From NCBI GenBank assembly GCA_001662655.1, contig KV460236.1: a DNA stretch of 64,000 nt. One strand, 5' to 3'. The stretch comes from Pseudogymnoascus verrucosus. Its lineage: Eukaryota. Position numbers and translations under genes: made by a program. Shown here one piece after another: positions 36,905-49,023 of the stretch. Each line of letters opens with the position of its first letter. The first letter of the stretch is position 1. The notes under the pieces were generated by a model. That model did no database searches, was not told the origin of the DNA, and was given only the letters and a program-made list of their open reading frames with translations.

Positions 36905-37605
36905 CACTGCGGATGATGTCTTCTGACAATGGGACGCGCAGAAAGGCGATTGTTCACAAGCCCACGTGTGTGACGTCGATTACACGTGACGACGTGTTTG
37001 GCACTCTCGTCTGGCCAAGTCGGTATCAATTATAGAGTGCTTTCCTCAGTTAAAACGGCGATTGGAGAGGAAAGGTGACAGGATGTGGGGATTTGATGTT
37101 GCTTTCTCAATTCCAGATCACACTGGGATGATTGTGTCAGCACAGCTATCCTTCTTTTGGCGTACCTCTCCGGTGTGTCACGTGATCCAACATTGTGCCT
37201 GTTCAGCATAATTTAACCCAAAACTGTAAAACCGACATGGAATTTACCTAACAGTATGTAGTTTGAGATGGAAATTATTTAAAATTACGTGTATATCGTA
37301 TTTATAATACTATCTTACAGCGAAGTCTTGGGGATTTTGATTATGTTCCCAGCAAAATACAATTTTCAATGCATGCACAGATGATTTATTTTAAAACTTT
37401 TAAAATAAAAATATAGAATGTCCACATTCAATTCTCTCAATACTTAAAAAATCAAATACTCCATCGCGATAGCCGCGGTATACGAGTGTAGAAAAAAGAC
37501 TCAAAATTATAGCACGCCTCTTCCCATGGCCTTTCCCCTTTCCCTCCTCTAAATTGTCATACAGTTGTTTTATCACACCAAAACCCCCATCACAGACCCG
37601 CCACT

Positions 37606-38405
37606 TTACAGCAGCATGGCAGCACCGAGAGCGACGAGACCAGCCAAGTATGGTGCGTTAAGAGTGCCGGCACCGCCGCCTGGAATGGTGGTAGAGTTGC
37701 TGACGCCCGAACCAGCACCGACAGAGCCAGCGCTGGTATCAGTGCTAGAGGTGGTGTCGGTGCCCGAGGTGGTATCGGTACCAGAGGTGGTATCGGTGCC
37801 AGTGCTAGATCCAGAGCCGGAGCTGGTGTCCGATCCGTTGCTGGAGCCGGTGTTGGTTCCAGTGTTGGTGTTTCCACTTGGTGCCACGGTGACTGGTGCA
37901 GCTGCAGCGCCAGCGATGTAGGCGTCGAGGGAGCGGGATGCGTTCTTAGCGGTGCTGCGGGAAGGTTAGATTTTATTTCTGTATGATTAACGGCATTCTG
38001 AACTTACTTCTCGTTGATGACCATCACCATGCCGTTCTGGCAATGCTTGCCCTGGGCGCAGTACAGCCAGATTGGAGTCTTATCGACGATGGGAATAGTG
38101 TATAGTGGAGCGGTCGTTGCGTCAGCTGCTACAGGCATGAATCCAGTGCTGATGCCGGTGACGTTTGTGCCAGCTCCCAGAGGTAGACATGGTGCATCGA
38201 AGGTGGACTGGGTGACGGTGTGGTTTCCAACGCCGAACTGGAACTGAACCATGTCGCCGACATCAGCGACGAGGTTGTTCGGGGAGAAGGTGAGAGTGTT
38301 GGTCTTGCCGGAAACCCAAACCACATGGACCTTGACCTGTCCCTGGGCGAAGACGGTGGAGGAGTAGAGGGCCGCGGCGGCAAGGGTGATCTTTGAGAAT
38401 TGCAT
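37606..38405 (-). CDS. Secreted cupredoxin-domain, Ser/Thr-rich, probably GPI-anchored protein, 2 exons
   Basis: Signal peptide, NHTVTQSTFDAPC, WLYCAQGKHCQNGMVMVIN (Cu ligands), TDTTSG repeats, hydrophobic C-tail. Confidence 0.9.
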
Positions 38406-39872
38406 GATGAAGTTGGTTGAGTGAAAATTGATTGATTTCGTGGAGATGATGAGAGTTGAATTGAACGAATGTGGATTTTCTGAAGGCGACTAGCGCTTTA
38501 TGATTGAACTGACCGGCAGGACTTATTAACAAGTAGAAGTGAAGAATGAAAGATGAAAATGGACAATAGAAAGCGAAGAGAACAACAGCAGAAAGACGCA
38601 GGATAAGGAAGAAAAGGAAGTTTGGAAACAAGTGGGAAGAGGAAAGCATAAATAAGGAAAGGAAGGAAATTGGCTTGGGTGTCTGGGACCTCTGGCCCTG
38701 CGTTTGAGGGCCTCAGGGGGGAGATAGTGGTGGGACGGGAGAAGAGAAAAAGCTGGCGTGGCTTGGGGACCTAGTATGGTATTGAAACTGTTTCGTGAAG
38801 GTCATCGGATATGGGAGCCACAATAGCCAAGACGTATTGACGTCCCATCAACTTCGTTGAAGGGGTTCAAAGGGGTGTTGCATTGGCGGCCGGGAAGGTA
38901 GCGCCGTGCGCCTTGGCCTCGACCACGGCAGCCAGGTTATTCCTGTCAACGGCGTTGTGTCACTTCAGCCTCCATCGTCAACGATGTACGCACCGGCGTA
39001 CGTCGTAGCTCACGAAGACTGAACGAAGTATTAAACAATTCTCACAAATCTGGATCAGTACACGAATAAAGTACGTATGCTTCAATGCTTCAAACTATTC
39101 GTAAATAACGTACGAGTCTCCCATATTCATCTCGGACAGCACAGGCCGCCGGATCTTGAAGTGCCCGCCCAGAGGTTGCTGGGGTCAAATCTGAAGCACA
39201 CAAGGGTTTTGTCGTGGTCGCGGAATGCTGCTCTGAGGTTAAGCGAGTTTCATAGAACCGCTCAGGCCTGGCCGGCATCAGACGAAGCCACCAGCCAAGG
39301 GAACCAACGCACGCACCATTGTAATTGACGAGAACGGTAGTTTTTAATTTGCATCTTAATTGAGATTGGATAACCTTATCGTTTCTGCATAGCCGAAAGC
39401 GATGGAACGAAACAAGCGTAGACATTGAAGCTCAACATATACGATCACGTGATCTGACATATTGTACGAGACCATTTGTTCAGTCCAGCTCCGAGGGTGG
39501 TACATGGACATGATCTTTCGCTTCTTAGTATCCTTATCCTTTGTAGGATTTGGGGTATTCGGTCATGGCGCTCGTGGCCGGATTCGTTCGGCCTTCCCCG
39601 TATCTCCCACAATCGTACCTTCTGTGTGTGCCTTCGAATTCAGTGTCTTTACTTCGACCGTTGTCTCATAAGGCAGCTCTTTCATAAGCGCTTGGCTTGG
39701 CTGGCTTCTGAGCACAGCGAGCCTACCTGTACTAATATTTCTGTGCTGAACTTCGTCAATGTCGATGGATCTCATGTCCGAAGCAGCGTGCCGCCCGAGG
39801 TATCCCCCCTGACGAACCCCTTTGGAAACCTCTCATGATAAATATTCCATCACAACACTCAATCATTCCCCT

Positions 39873-40374
39873 TCAAAAATCAAGTACCAGCTGCGGCGCT
39901 AACTTCTCCAAATCCTCAACCTGTAAATGCCACATTAGCCCCTTATCCTCACCCCCACCATGCCCACGTTCCATTAGAACAACATACCTCCAAAAACCCA
40001 TCTCCCTTCCCATCCCCTCCCCTCTCATACGCCGCCCTCGCAATCGCCTCCCTCACGAAGGTTTCCATATACTTCCCCACCGCTTTATCCGCGCCCCTAC
40101 TAATCCTCGTGCGCTCGTCCGCAAAGAACTCCGTCAGCAGCGTCGTTAAAAGAGCCGGAGGTATGGTCTCAGTGGGCGCATCGGGCGCGAGGGCGTTTTC
40201 ATCATCGTTGTCATCGGGGTTGGGGCGTGAGGAGGGGGTTTCGGTGGTTGTCGTGGCTGTGGTGCGAGAGGAGGAGGGGGCGGGGGCGGGTTTGGCGCGT
40301 GAGGATGTGCTGCCAGTGGAGGGGCGTTGGGGTTTGAATGGTTTGGTCTTTGAGGCGGAGCGGTCGGGTGGCAT
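39873..40374 (-). CDS. MHF2: CENP-X/Mhf2 histone-fold protein, 2 exons
   Basis: IPPALLTTLL..F..TRIS..A...GKYMETFVREAIARA...FLE|VEDLEKLAPQLVLDF*. Confidence 0.88.
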
Positions 40375-40900
40375 AGTGTCGGATGGGGATATTGGGGGCT
40401 TCAGTGTTTAATCTTGTGTTGGAGGCTGGGATGGGAGTATGTTTGTTCCCAGGGTTGAAGGCGTGTTGGCGTGAGGAGTAGGACGCGAGGCATGGGAGGT
40501 TTTGACGCGTCGACACGTGACCTGAGCCCAAAATGTACATAACGTCATATACCCTGGCCGCCTCTCATTTAAACTTCATTCTTTCACCATCTATACTTGA
40601 AGTATATTTGAAAAATAAAGAGCGAGAAGAGTGAACTTACCCATGTTAGTAGCCGCAAAAATTAGCCGTGTTCAGCTGATCTATTACGTCGAAAACTGGG
40701 AGCCAGAGTTGGGTTAGCTAAGGTAAGACGCATAGTCAGCTTACCTATCGTATTACCTTCCCTATTCAAGGTTGAATTAAGTTATGTAGTACATAGATGA
40801 TACACCCTGTTCGTAATCTGATTTTACATCCCTAGACATTTGTCTCCCTCTCACGCCAACACGGCCTAAGCCTCAAATCTGCAAGTGTAAGGCAATCATC

Positions 40901-42094
40901 ATGACATCTAACCTCGCTCATATCGCCAGCAAAATCCAACAGCAGGTCTCAGAGCTGCAACCTAGTAATGAAGAACAGCGATTGAGCCTTCTTCAGTCTG
41001 CCCGTGCCCTCGTCAACGAACTCGAAAAACCCCATGAACGCATCATGCGCATGTGCTATCATGAGAGCGCAATCTTCATGGCAACAAAAGTTCTCATTGA
41101 CCTGGGCATTTTTAAAATCCTCACAAAGACCTCCGAGCCAATAACCGCATCTAAGCTAGCCCAAGATACTGGCGCAAACCGTGCTCTTGTAGAGCGTCTC
41201 CTTAAGCACGTTGCAGTCGAGTTCTTCGTGGATGAAGCCGGGCCAGATACATACATTGCGAACGACATCACACGGTGCATTGCATCATCTGGGGGCCAAG
41301 GAACGATCGAGGATACATTCCAGATCGTCCGCGTTGCCAACGCGGTTCCTGACTTTCTAAGGGAAACCAACTACGCGAATCCGACGGACAAGGATAAGAC
41401 TACGTGGAAGTATGCGTACAAGACAGACCAGCACTATTTCGAGTATGTGAATAGTCCTGGGCGGGAGCGGAATCTAGAGGCGTTCTGCAATCATATGGAA
41501 TTCAAGACGGTTGGGCTAAAGTGGTATGAAGTGCCGGAGATTATGGAGGCTGCGCTTGGGGATGCGAAGGTTGGAAAGGATGATGTCCTGCTTATTGATG
41601 TTGGAGGCAACGGTGGACACGACTTAATCGGCTTTCATACAGCACATCCGTCCATGCCAGGCCGCTTGATCCTCCAAGACCTTCCCGCAATCATCCAATC
41701 CCTCGACTCTGCTGCGCTAGCCCAGCAGGGCATCGAAGTCATGGGTCACGACTTCTTCACGTCCCAGCCTATCCACGGTGCTAAAGCGTACTATCTCAAG
41801 ATGTGCCTACATGACTGGCCGAACCCGCAATGCATTCAAATCCTCTCACAACTAAAGCATGCCCTGAAGCCCGGGTATAGTAGGATCTTGTTGAATGAGA
41901 TTGTGGTCCCGGACGAGAAGGCAGGATGGTTTGAAACTAGTGTGGATCTGCTAATGATGCAGGTGCATTCAGCGCAGGAGCGGAGGGAGCGAGAGTGGGT
42001 AGCTTTAGTGGATGCGGTAGATGGGTTAAGGGTTAAGCATATATGGGATGTGGACGGGGCCGTGGAGAAGGTTATCGAGATTGAGGCGGTTTGA
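40901..42094 (+). CDS. SAM-dependent O-methyltransferase (fungal secondary-metabolite/Methyltransf_2 type), intronless
   Basis: LLIDVGGNGGHD, LILQDLP, GHDFF, YYLKMCLHDW, AQERREREW. Confidence 0.92.
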   Translation: MTSNLAHIASKIQQQVSELQPSNEEQRLSLLQSARALVNELEKPHERIMRMCYHESAIFMATKVLIDLGIFKILTKTSEPITASKLAQDTGANRALVERLLKHVAVEFFVDEAGPDTYIANDITRCIASSGGQGTIEDTFQIVRVANAVPDFLRETNYANPTDKDKTTWKYAYKTDQHYFEYVNSPGRERNLEAFCNHMEFKTVGLKWYEVPEIMEAALGDAKVGKDDVLLIDVGGNGGHDLIGFHTAHPSMPGRLILQDLPAIIQSLDSAALAQQGIEVMGHDFFTSQPIHGAKAYYLKMCLHDWPNPQCIQILSQLKHALKPGYSRILLNEIVVPDEKAGWFETSVDLLMMQVHSAQERREREWVALVDAVDGLRVKHIWDVDGAVEKVIEIEAV

Positions 42095-42411
42095 GGCACT
42101 TGGAAGCAAACCTCATTTAGAGTTCTGGTTCTAGAAGTAAAAAAACATCCAGCTTCCTAGTTAACTCGGGCTAGATGGCGATGCTGTCATGTATGCAGCC
42201 ACCAAGGTCAGTCACAGCTAAACTCCGTAAGTTATAATTGTAATTTATTTTTATACATATCTAAAGTACAATGCTTGAAATATTGAATATGTAAAGGGTG
42301 AATACTACCACAAGGAGAGCCGTGTCAACCGTTCGTGGCAGCAGAAGTCGCACTGAGAACCCCAACCACCACCATCGACCTAAAAAACCGAGATCTCAGG
42401 GACCATCCGAT

Positions 42412-43637
42412 CTATTTCGTCATCCCCTTATACGCCACAATTCTCCTATCCCCCGCATACTCGGTCAGGGTATACCACTCTCCCCTCGCCTCATGATAAC
42501 TGAGATCCTCCGCCCCAGCCGGAAACCAGCCTTTGGCCAACTTCGCCGCGTTGCCCGGAATCCAACTCCACAAATCCGCAGCAGGCGACGCGCTGCGCGC
42601 AAAATAGAACTTGCCCTTCCATGACATCCCGCCTTGCATCTTGAGGATGTTGATGCACGATGCCCAGGTCGCGGTGGCAACATTGGCCGTTGTAGCGAGC
42701 TTGCGGGTCGTGTAGTCGAGGGGGTAGCGGATGACGCGGATGGGCGTCTTGACATCGGTTTCTTGGTATTCGCCGATAATGAGACTGTCAGGGGTGGTGC
42801 TGCGGTCGAGAGAGACCCAGGAGTGGCGGAAGGGGGAGTCGGGTTGTTTGGATTTCCAGTCGAATTTCCTGTCAGGCGGTCAAAATCAGACTCTGCGCCG
42901 ATGACCTGTGGGAATCGGGAAGAGTCAATGACTTACCACATCTGAGGAAGCACGTATGCGTAGTTGTTGGCAGAGTATTTCCCCGTCTTCGGATCCTTCC
43001 CCACTCTGTCCCCAGCGCCGACAGCCCACATACTACTCACGTTGAACACGCGGAGTCCATTGTCCGTATCCACAACATACAGCGCATCACCATACCACAT
43101 AATTCCTCCCGCGTGCACCGAGACCTCTTTGAAATCATCATCCGCACTCGGCTCTACGAGCAACACATGGCGATACTTATGCGTTGAGCGATCAATAAAG
43201 CTGATCCGTGCCTTCTTCTTCTCGTTCGCCGCGGCCTCCTTCTGGTACCAGCTCACGGCCCAGACGGAATGGCCTTCATACTTCCCATTCCCGAGAGCGT
43301 CACCAGAGCTGCTGATTCCCTGGGGATAGTATTTCTTCGTGTCGTCGTCGCCGTCGTTCCAGCCCCAGCTCTCGACAGGTTTGCCGTTACCAGTTTTTGG
43401 GGCTTTCTTGACGAGTTGTCGGTTTGCGTTTGTGAGGACCTGGGTCATGGAGACGGTCTTGAAGTGCTTAGAGAGCTTGGTGGTGTGGGTGTTGGCGGAG
43501 TAGGTGAGCTTGAAGTTTTTGGCGTCGAGGAGGGGGAGTTTGGCATCGTTGCGGTTGCAAGTTCGAGGATCTGCAGCTGCGACAGCGGCGGTGGCAAGGA
43601 GGCCGAGGGTGAGGAAGGAGGGAACAATCATCTTCAA
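42412..43637 (-). CDS. Secreted protein of unknown function resembling actinobacterial secreted proteins; 2 exons (intron ~42869-42936)
   Basis: Signal peptide; YYPQGISSSGDA, VSWY, YRHVLLVEP, HAGGIMWYG, YVLPQ|, SLDRSTTPDSLIIGEY, EDLSY. Confidence 0.8.
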
Positions 43638-45231
43638 GAATGGAATGAGTGAAGATTTAGTTTGTAGATTGGTGGATATTAGAGACAGGTTTTTTTTTGT
43701 TTCGACGGGTCCTTATGAGACTTTATAGAAATATTGTTACAAGGCCTAGAGCGGGTTTCTGATGCCTACCCCCTCAGCCTCGTAAAAAACATACTGGATC
43801 TTCGCTCATCTCATCCTTTAAGATTATTGTCCACTCCCTCCTCACCCCAGCCTCCCTCCTACCGCCGCTCTTGCAGCCGAAAATCACCGAAACGGTCCCA
43901 AACTGTCTCTCCTCGACGCCACACTTACCCACAGTGCATATCCACGAGGCAAACCGCGGGAAGCTATACGGCGCTAGTAATGTAGATCATCGAGCTTACT
44001 TCGATGTCGTGTTCTTAAAATAAGACATGGAGCAATAATCCCACCGCCTTACACCCTAAGCAACCCCCTAGCTCAAAATTAGTTACTGCCCATGAGAATT
44101 TGCTATGCAGCTTGTGCAGATTGAAATTAGGTCCACCCTTTGGGAACAGGGGTTTCGTGCCGCCGTCATTTATTCCGGGAATTTCTGGGGGGAGGTCGTA
44201 ATCGAGGGATCTGCTTCCCCGCGCACGCTATGGATAAGCAAGAAGGACGGAGCACGCGATCAAAAATACGATCAAAAACAATATACAATGTTGCGTTCTC
44301 ACCACATATCTCCTTCGGATATCAACTGAATACTTTCTAACTCTATCTTCAAGCAAGACTAGAGATGTTGAAGGCTGTACATATTCGGAGAAATGACACT
44401 ATTTTGACATTAGCGTTCACAAGCTTCCACCTGTCAAATCCAAAATATGCCTTGCCAAGCCTTCTAAGCCACCCGCCCCTCCATCCATAAGCCCCCTGAA
44501 TTCTCCCGCCGCCCTCCCCGCTTTAAGTCCAAACAATATTCAACTTTCTCACATGAATGCTGGCTCTTATAATTCACCAAACCCGAAGCCGACCTGGTTA
44601 TGATCCATGTTCTCCCTCGAGCACGAGTCTCTACTAAATCTTTAAAAAGTCAACCTTTCATCGTTTCTATCACTACGTAGAGCATATCAGCAGAGCTTCT
44701 GAGGTTGTCTACCCTCTTTATGCAAAGCTAAGAGCCCTCTTGAGAGTAATTCACCGACCAAATAACCCGAAAGTGAAAGCTTGGCTCTCTATCCTACTTT
44801 CACTCATGGTTCGCCCTGTCCACCCTGCTCACCCTGTTCACCCTGCTCACCTATGGCCATCTATATGTCACGGTGTAACGTGTCCCAAGTTGAGACTACA
44901 TAGAACACTGGCACTGGTGATACCTAATTTATACTCCAATCGTACCCTACAACGTCCCCCACAGACGAAACCTGCCCCAAGGAATAGGTTTCACTGTTCC
45001 GTGGAATACCATTTGACCATGACAACGCTGACCATGATTACACGACAAAGAGGGTCCCGATGGGTTATCCTGACCCGCCTGTTAATGTTGCCCTTTCTAG
45101 CATAGGTAGTGAATGAACGTAGATCAAGCCTTTATCATGACTATTAAGGGTCTAGAAACCTGGCTTTAGTTCAACCCTCGACTGCTATCTAGAATCATTC
45201 TGTACCCACTTAATTATCCCATATTCTCATC

Positions 45232-46100
45232 ATGCATATCTCAACCATGCTTACTCTGGCCGTTTCGATTTTAGCTGCAGGGACCACTGCCATTACCGGC
45301 GATGAAGGAGTTGCTGAGTTTCAAAAGTTGGCGACTGCAATTACAGCATATAATAATTAGCTCTCGATGGTAAACGAGGGAAATGGACTATATGAGGGTT
45401 AAGTAAGTGGAATTTGCGCATTCCTTCGTAGATTTTATGAAAGTCTCAATCAACGAAAGTTTCGTATTATAGAGGGCTTCTATAGGACTGTTTAAGTTGA
45501 GGGATGCCTTTGGAGCCAGTATTGCGAAGTTTCAGGAAGGCGCCGACCCTGAAGAACCAGTCAGTATTTTAACCCCGAGGGATTAGGAATCCAAATTCCC
45601 CAACTGTCTTTCTAACTTTCGGGTGTCTCTAGCCACAGGAAGTTTCGGACGCTGACCGGAGCCGAATGCTAGCGGAAGCAAAAACGGTAGTTAACGCCAG
45701 CGCCCGATCTTACGGACAGTTTCTAATATATGGTATAGTTTCTCGATCTTGTCGGTAACACCATGAGCGAGCTTTATAGAATCCGTGACATTACAACGGC
45801 AACCCCGCATCACTATGATATCCAGAGCGCACTTGAACCTATCGTATCGGAAGATATTTCATCAAGCACATCACTCACAGGCGTAAGTACGAATATACCG
45901 TGCTCAACTGCCACACTGCGCTCTCACTAGACTATGCAACTAACAATAAGCCTCTACAGATTTATGTAAAGCTCCAAGTCTGGCTACCCCTGAGTAGCCT
46001 GCAACAGGCATCAGATTTGTTTAACCCACAAATAAACTCTCTGCCGTCGCAAGGGCCTATAGAACACTATGAATGCTATTCGAAGGGTTACTTCAGCTAA
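45232..46100 (+). pseudogene. 5-exon small secreted protein gene (~198 codons) with two premature stops in exon 1
   Basis: Exons 45232-45402, 45473-45559, 45633-45686, 45739-45882, 45960-46100, all phase 0 with GT..AG; signal peptide MHISTMLTLAVSILAAGTTA; TAG 45358, TAA 45400. Confidence 0.75.
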
Positions 46101-46440
46101 AAGCGCTGCTCTTATAGCTATGATTAAAGAACAGAAAAATTGCATCAGAGGGTGTATTATATTGACACGCTCAGTAGGGTTTTTACGGGTTTCCCCTAGC
46201 TGCTTCGGCCACAATGGGCGAGCACAAACTGTCGCGAAAATTCAACTTGGATTGGAGTTTAAACTGCTGCTGCCTGAATTGCGCATCGTGGGTTGCTCCA
46301 ATTCAAGGCACATGACATGCTTTTTTACATCGTCGTAGCAGCCCCATTCAATGAAATGGAGGGGGTTGCAATGTATAATTTTCAACCATGGTTTAGAAGG
46401 TCCTAGAACGAGAGCAAGTATCCAGTCGATGGCACCCATC

Positions 46441-48328
46441 TCATCCCGAACCTGCCATATTCTCATTATTCCACCCTTCCCCATCATCACCCCCCAATAG
46501 CCCCACCCCAAACTCCCCATCTCCACTCACCATCCCCAGCATCTCCTCATCCAAGAGCCCGCCCCAAAACTCCCGCTCTCTCACCGCTAATTTCCGGGAC
46601 GCGAATATCTCCTGTGCCGCACCTTTCACCTGCCCTTGCGCTTTCCGAGCAGAGGGCCAGACAGCAGCTATGGTTTTGAGAGCTCCGGTATATAGACGGA
46701 TTTGCTGCTTGATCTCCTCGTTCTTCGCCACCCCGTCCAACCCAGCCCAGCGCGACAAATCAACAATAGCACCTAACGTAACGACACAAGTAAAGAAGTG
46801 CGTGTGCAACGTCAGAGGGACGGGGAGGGCAATGAGTGATGCGATGTCGAAGGCGGCTTGGACTACTTTTGCAGCGTGGATATTATACGTTGGCCCGCCA
46901 GTGGTGGGCTGATGGGGAGCGCAGGACGTGATAGTTTGTGTAGGTGCAGTGTCTAGGTGGGCATGCGGTCTATGGAGAAGCAGTGTGGACCTGTTTGCCA
47001 GAATCAGTTGGGGGGCTTAACGCATGGTTTAACTGGCAACTTTCGACTTGACTTCTAGATTATGTAGGGAGACGTAGTATGAGGGAGTGGTTATGGTGTA
47101 AAAGGCTAAGCACTTACGCGTATGTAATCATATGGGCCTGGAATAGCATCTCGTCCACTCTCCCATCCTCGACTACAATCCTCTTTGTAGACGGGAGATG
47201 GAGGCTCCAGTTCACGAGGTAGGCATCCGTCTTCGCGATTAGCGGGTCGTCTGGGAAGATGGGCTTTGGGATGGCGAGAATTCGCGCGAGATTGGAGATG
47301 GCGGCAATGCGATAAGTGAAGGAGGAGAAGACGGTGTCGTCGTCTGAAAATTCTTCGTCGTTGAATTCTTCTAGAGAACGAGGAGAGGGTATGTTCTAGG
47401 GCTGTTAACCGACCGCCGGCGAAGGGGGGATATTAACTACTAACTCCAGATATATAGTTCCCCTCCTCGCAAGGAAGTCCAACTCCCTCCCCGACCCCAT
47501 CTAATCTAACAGAGCTAGCCTGATGCACACCAGCAACCATCCCATCTAGCACCACGCACTCCCACCACGTCCTGCGCCAACTCTCCTCTATCACACTATT
47601 TCCGCCGCCATTCCTCTCTGCGAACCACTCATGCTGCATGCCGATCTCTAGGGCAACATCTACCGCCTGATTAAAGAAGGCTAGGGCGCGTTTTAGTTCC
47701 CCGCTTCCGTCCAATCCGATAGCGATGAGTAGGTTGGCCTGCACAGCGTAGCCATCATGTGGACAGAGGGGAGAAGAGATCTGGTGGACTGCTTCGGCGA
47801 GGAGAAGGGGAGTGTGAGAGGGCTGAATGTGGAAAGAGGTGAGATAGGTGATTGCGGCGAGGAGGTGTGGAAGGGGGCGTAGGGAGAGGAGCGTGAGGAG
47901 CGCGGGGAACGGGGGAAGGAAGGGGTGGGCCGGATGGATGTAGTGGTAGTATGCTGGGAGGTAATCGGTGGTTGCTGCTATGGGCTGGCATGTAATGTCT
48001 GTGTTAGTCAGGGGAGAGTTAGTGAGGCGGGGGATAGTAGGCGACCCCAGGGTTATTGTAGGAGAATTAGCAATAGATATGGCTAGACTCGCAGTCAGTA
48101 CTGTAATCAAAGACATTATGAGCACCCACTTGGCGAATTTACTCCTCTAACCCTTCCCCTCTTCCTATACCCCCGCCGCGACTGAACGAAGCTGCACTGT
48201 AGGTCCTTAGACACGCAACGCGCGCACGGCTTGACGCCGTCGCATTTTAAGTGTCGAGAACGGCAGGCGACGCATGCGGCGGCGGCGGGGACGACGTGCT
48301 TAGTCTGTTCATCGGTAGGGGTGTTCAT
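46441..48328 (-). CDS. Zn(II)2Cys6 transcription factor with fungal-TF middle homology region, ~4 exons
   Basis: ACVACRSRHLKCDGVKPCARCVSKDLQCSF; YYHYIHPAHPFLP; EESWRRTWWE; MLFQAHM; LLLHRP. Confidence 0.92.
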
Positions 48329-48830
48329 GTTATTGTGCTACGTTTTGTGTTGCGTAGGGTGTAAACATGGCTGAAGTGTGATGATGCTAATCTATAGTTT
48401 TAACGTTTAATGTTTAATCGCGATGGTGGCGGAGATACCAATAAACATGTATAAGTACAAGCGGAGCCTATTTAATATAGTGGCGAGTGATGTATAAGTA
48501 CAAATTTATATATGTACGTGCGGGGACTATTATGGTCCCCGATCTAGCCTATGCGGATAAAAGTGGTTCCTTCCCCATTCTAGTCCCCGAGGTCGCCGAT
48601 GAATTTCCATCCCTGTTTGTACATACGTTATGTTAATGCCATCATTTTTATTCGGGGCGAAATATTGTGGACGAGTCGAATTAACACATCTTATTACTAT
48701 AATGCAAGATAACTTATAATGGGCTTAAATAAATACTAATATCAATATCGAGACTAAGCATGACTGGATTGAAGTTGTCGGCCGTACCTGGAGTTAGGTT
48801 AGCCCCAACGTCACGACGACCAGCTTAGGT

Positions 48831-48883
48831 CAACTCGGGGACCTCAGCCCAACTCGGGGACCTCAGCTCAACTCGGGGACCTT
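48831..48883 (+). repeat. 19-bp direct repeat x3 (CAACTCGGGGACCTCAGCY) in TF/ABC divergent promoter
   Basis: caactcggggacctcagcc caactcggggacctcagct caactcggggacct. Confidence 0.9.
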
Positions 48884-49023
48884 GACAGAACGAAATCTCT
48901 ATCCTCGTCCCCGTCTACCCTTCCATTAGTAAATCCTTCCCAACTACTTTCACCTATAAGAGCCATGGCCGCCAGCCTCCTATCCCACCAACACGCTAAT
49001 CCCTATACTCCCATCGTTAAGCC

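Noticed and set aside
39460..39840. Coding-like stretch downstream of MHF2
   Set aside because: ORFs of 120 aa or less with no motif; cannot be told from a decayed fragment or UTR.
44811..44851. 9-bp tandem repeat CACCCTGYT
   Set aside because: Simple slippage repeat without functional context.
45358..45402. A-to-I editing rescue of the premature stops
   Set aside because: Would need correction of both UAG and UAA; such editing is documented mainly in Sordariomycete sexual tissue; C>T mutation is simpler.
48831..48883. CRISPR-like or tRNA interpretation of short repeats
   Set aside because: Eukaryotic DNA, no spacers or cas genes; no tRNA cloverleaf or rRNA recognised anywhere in the window.
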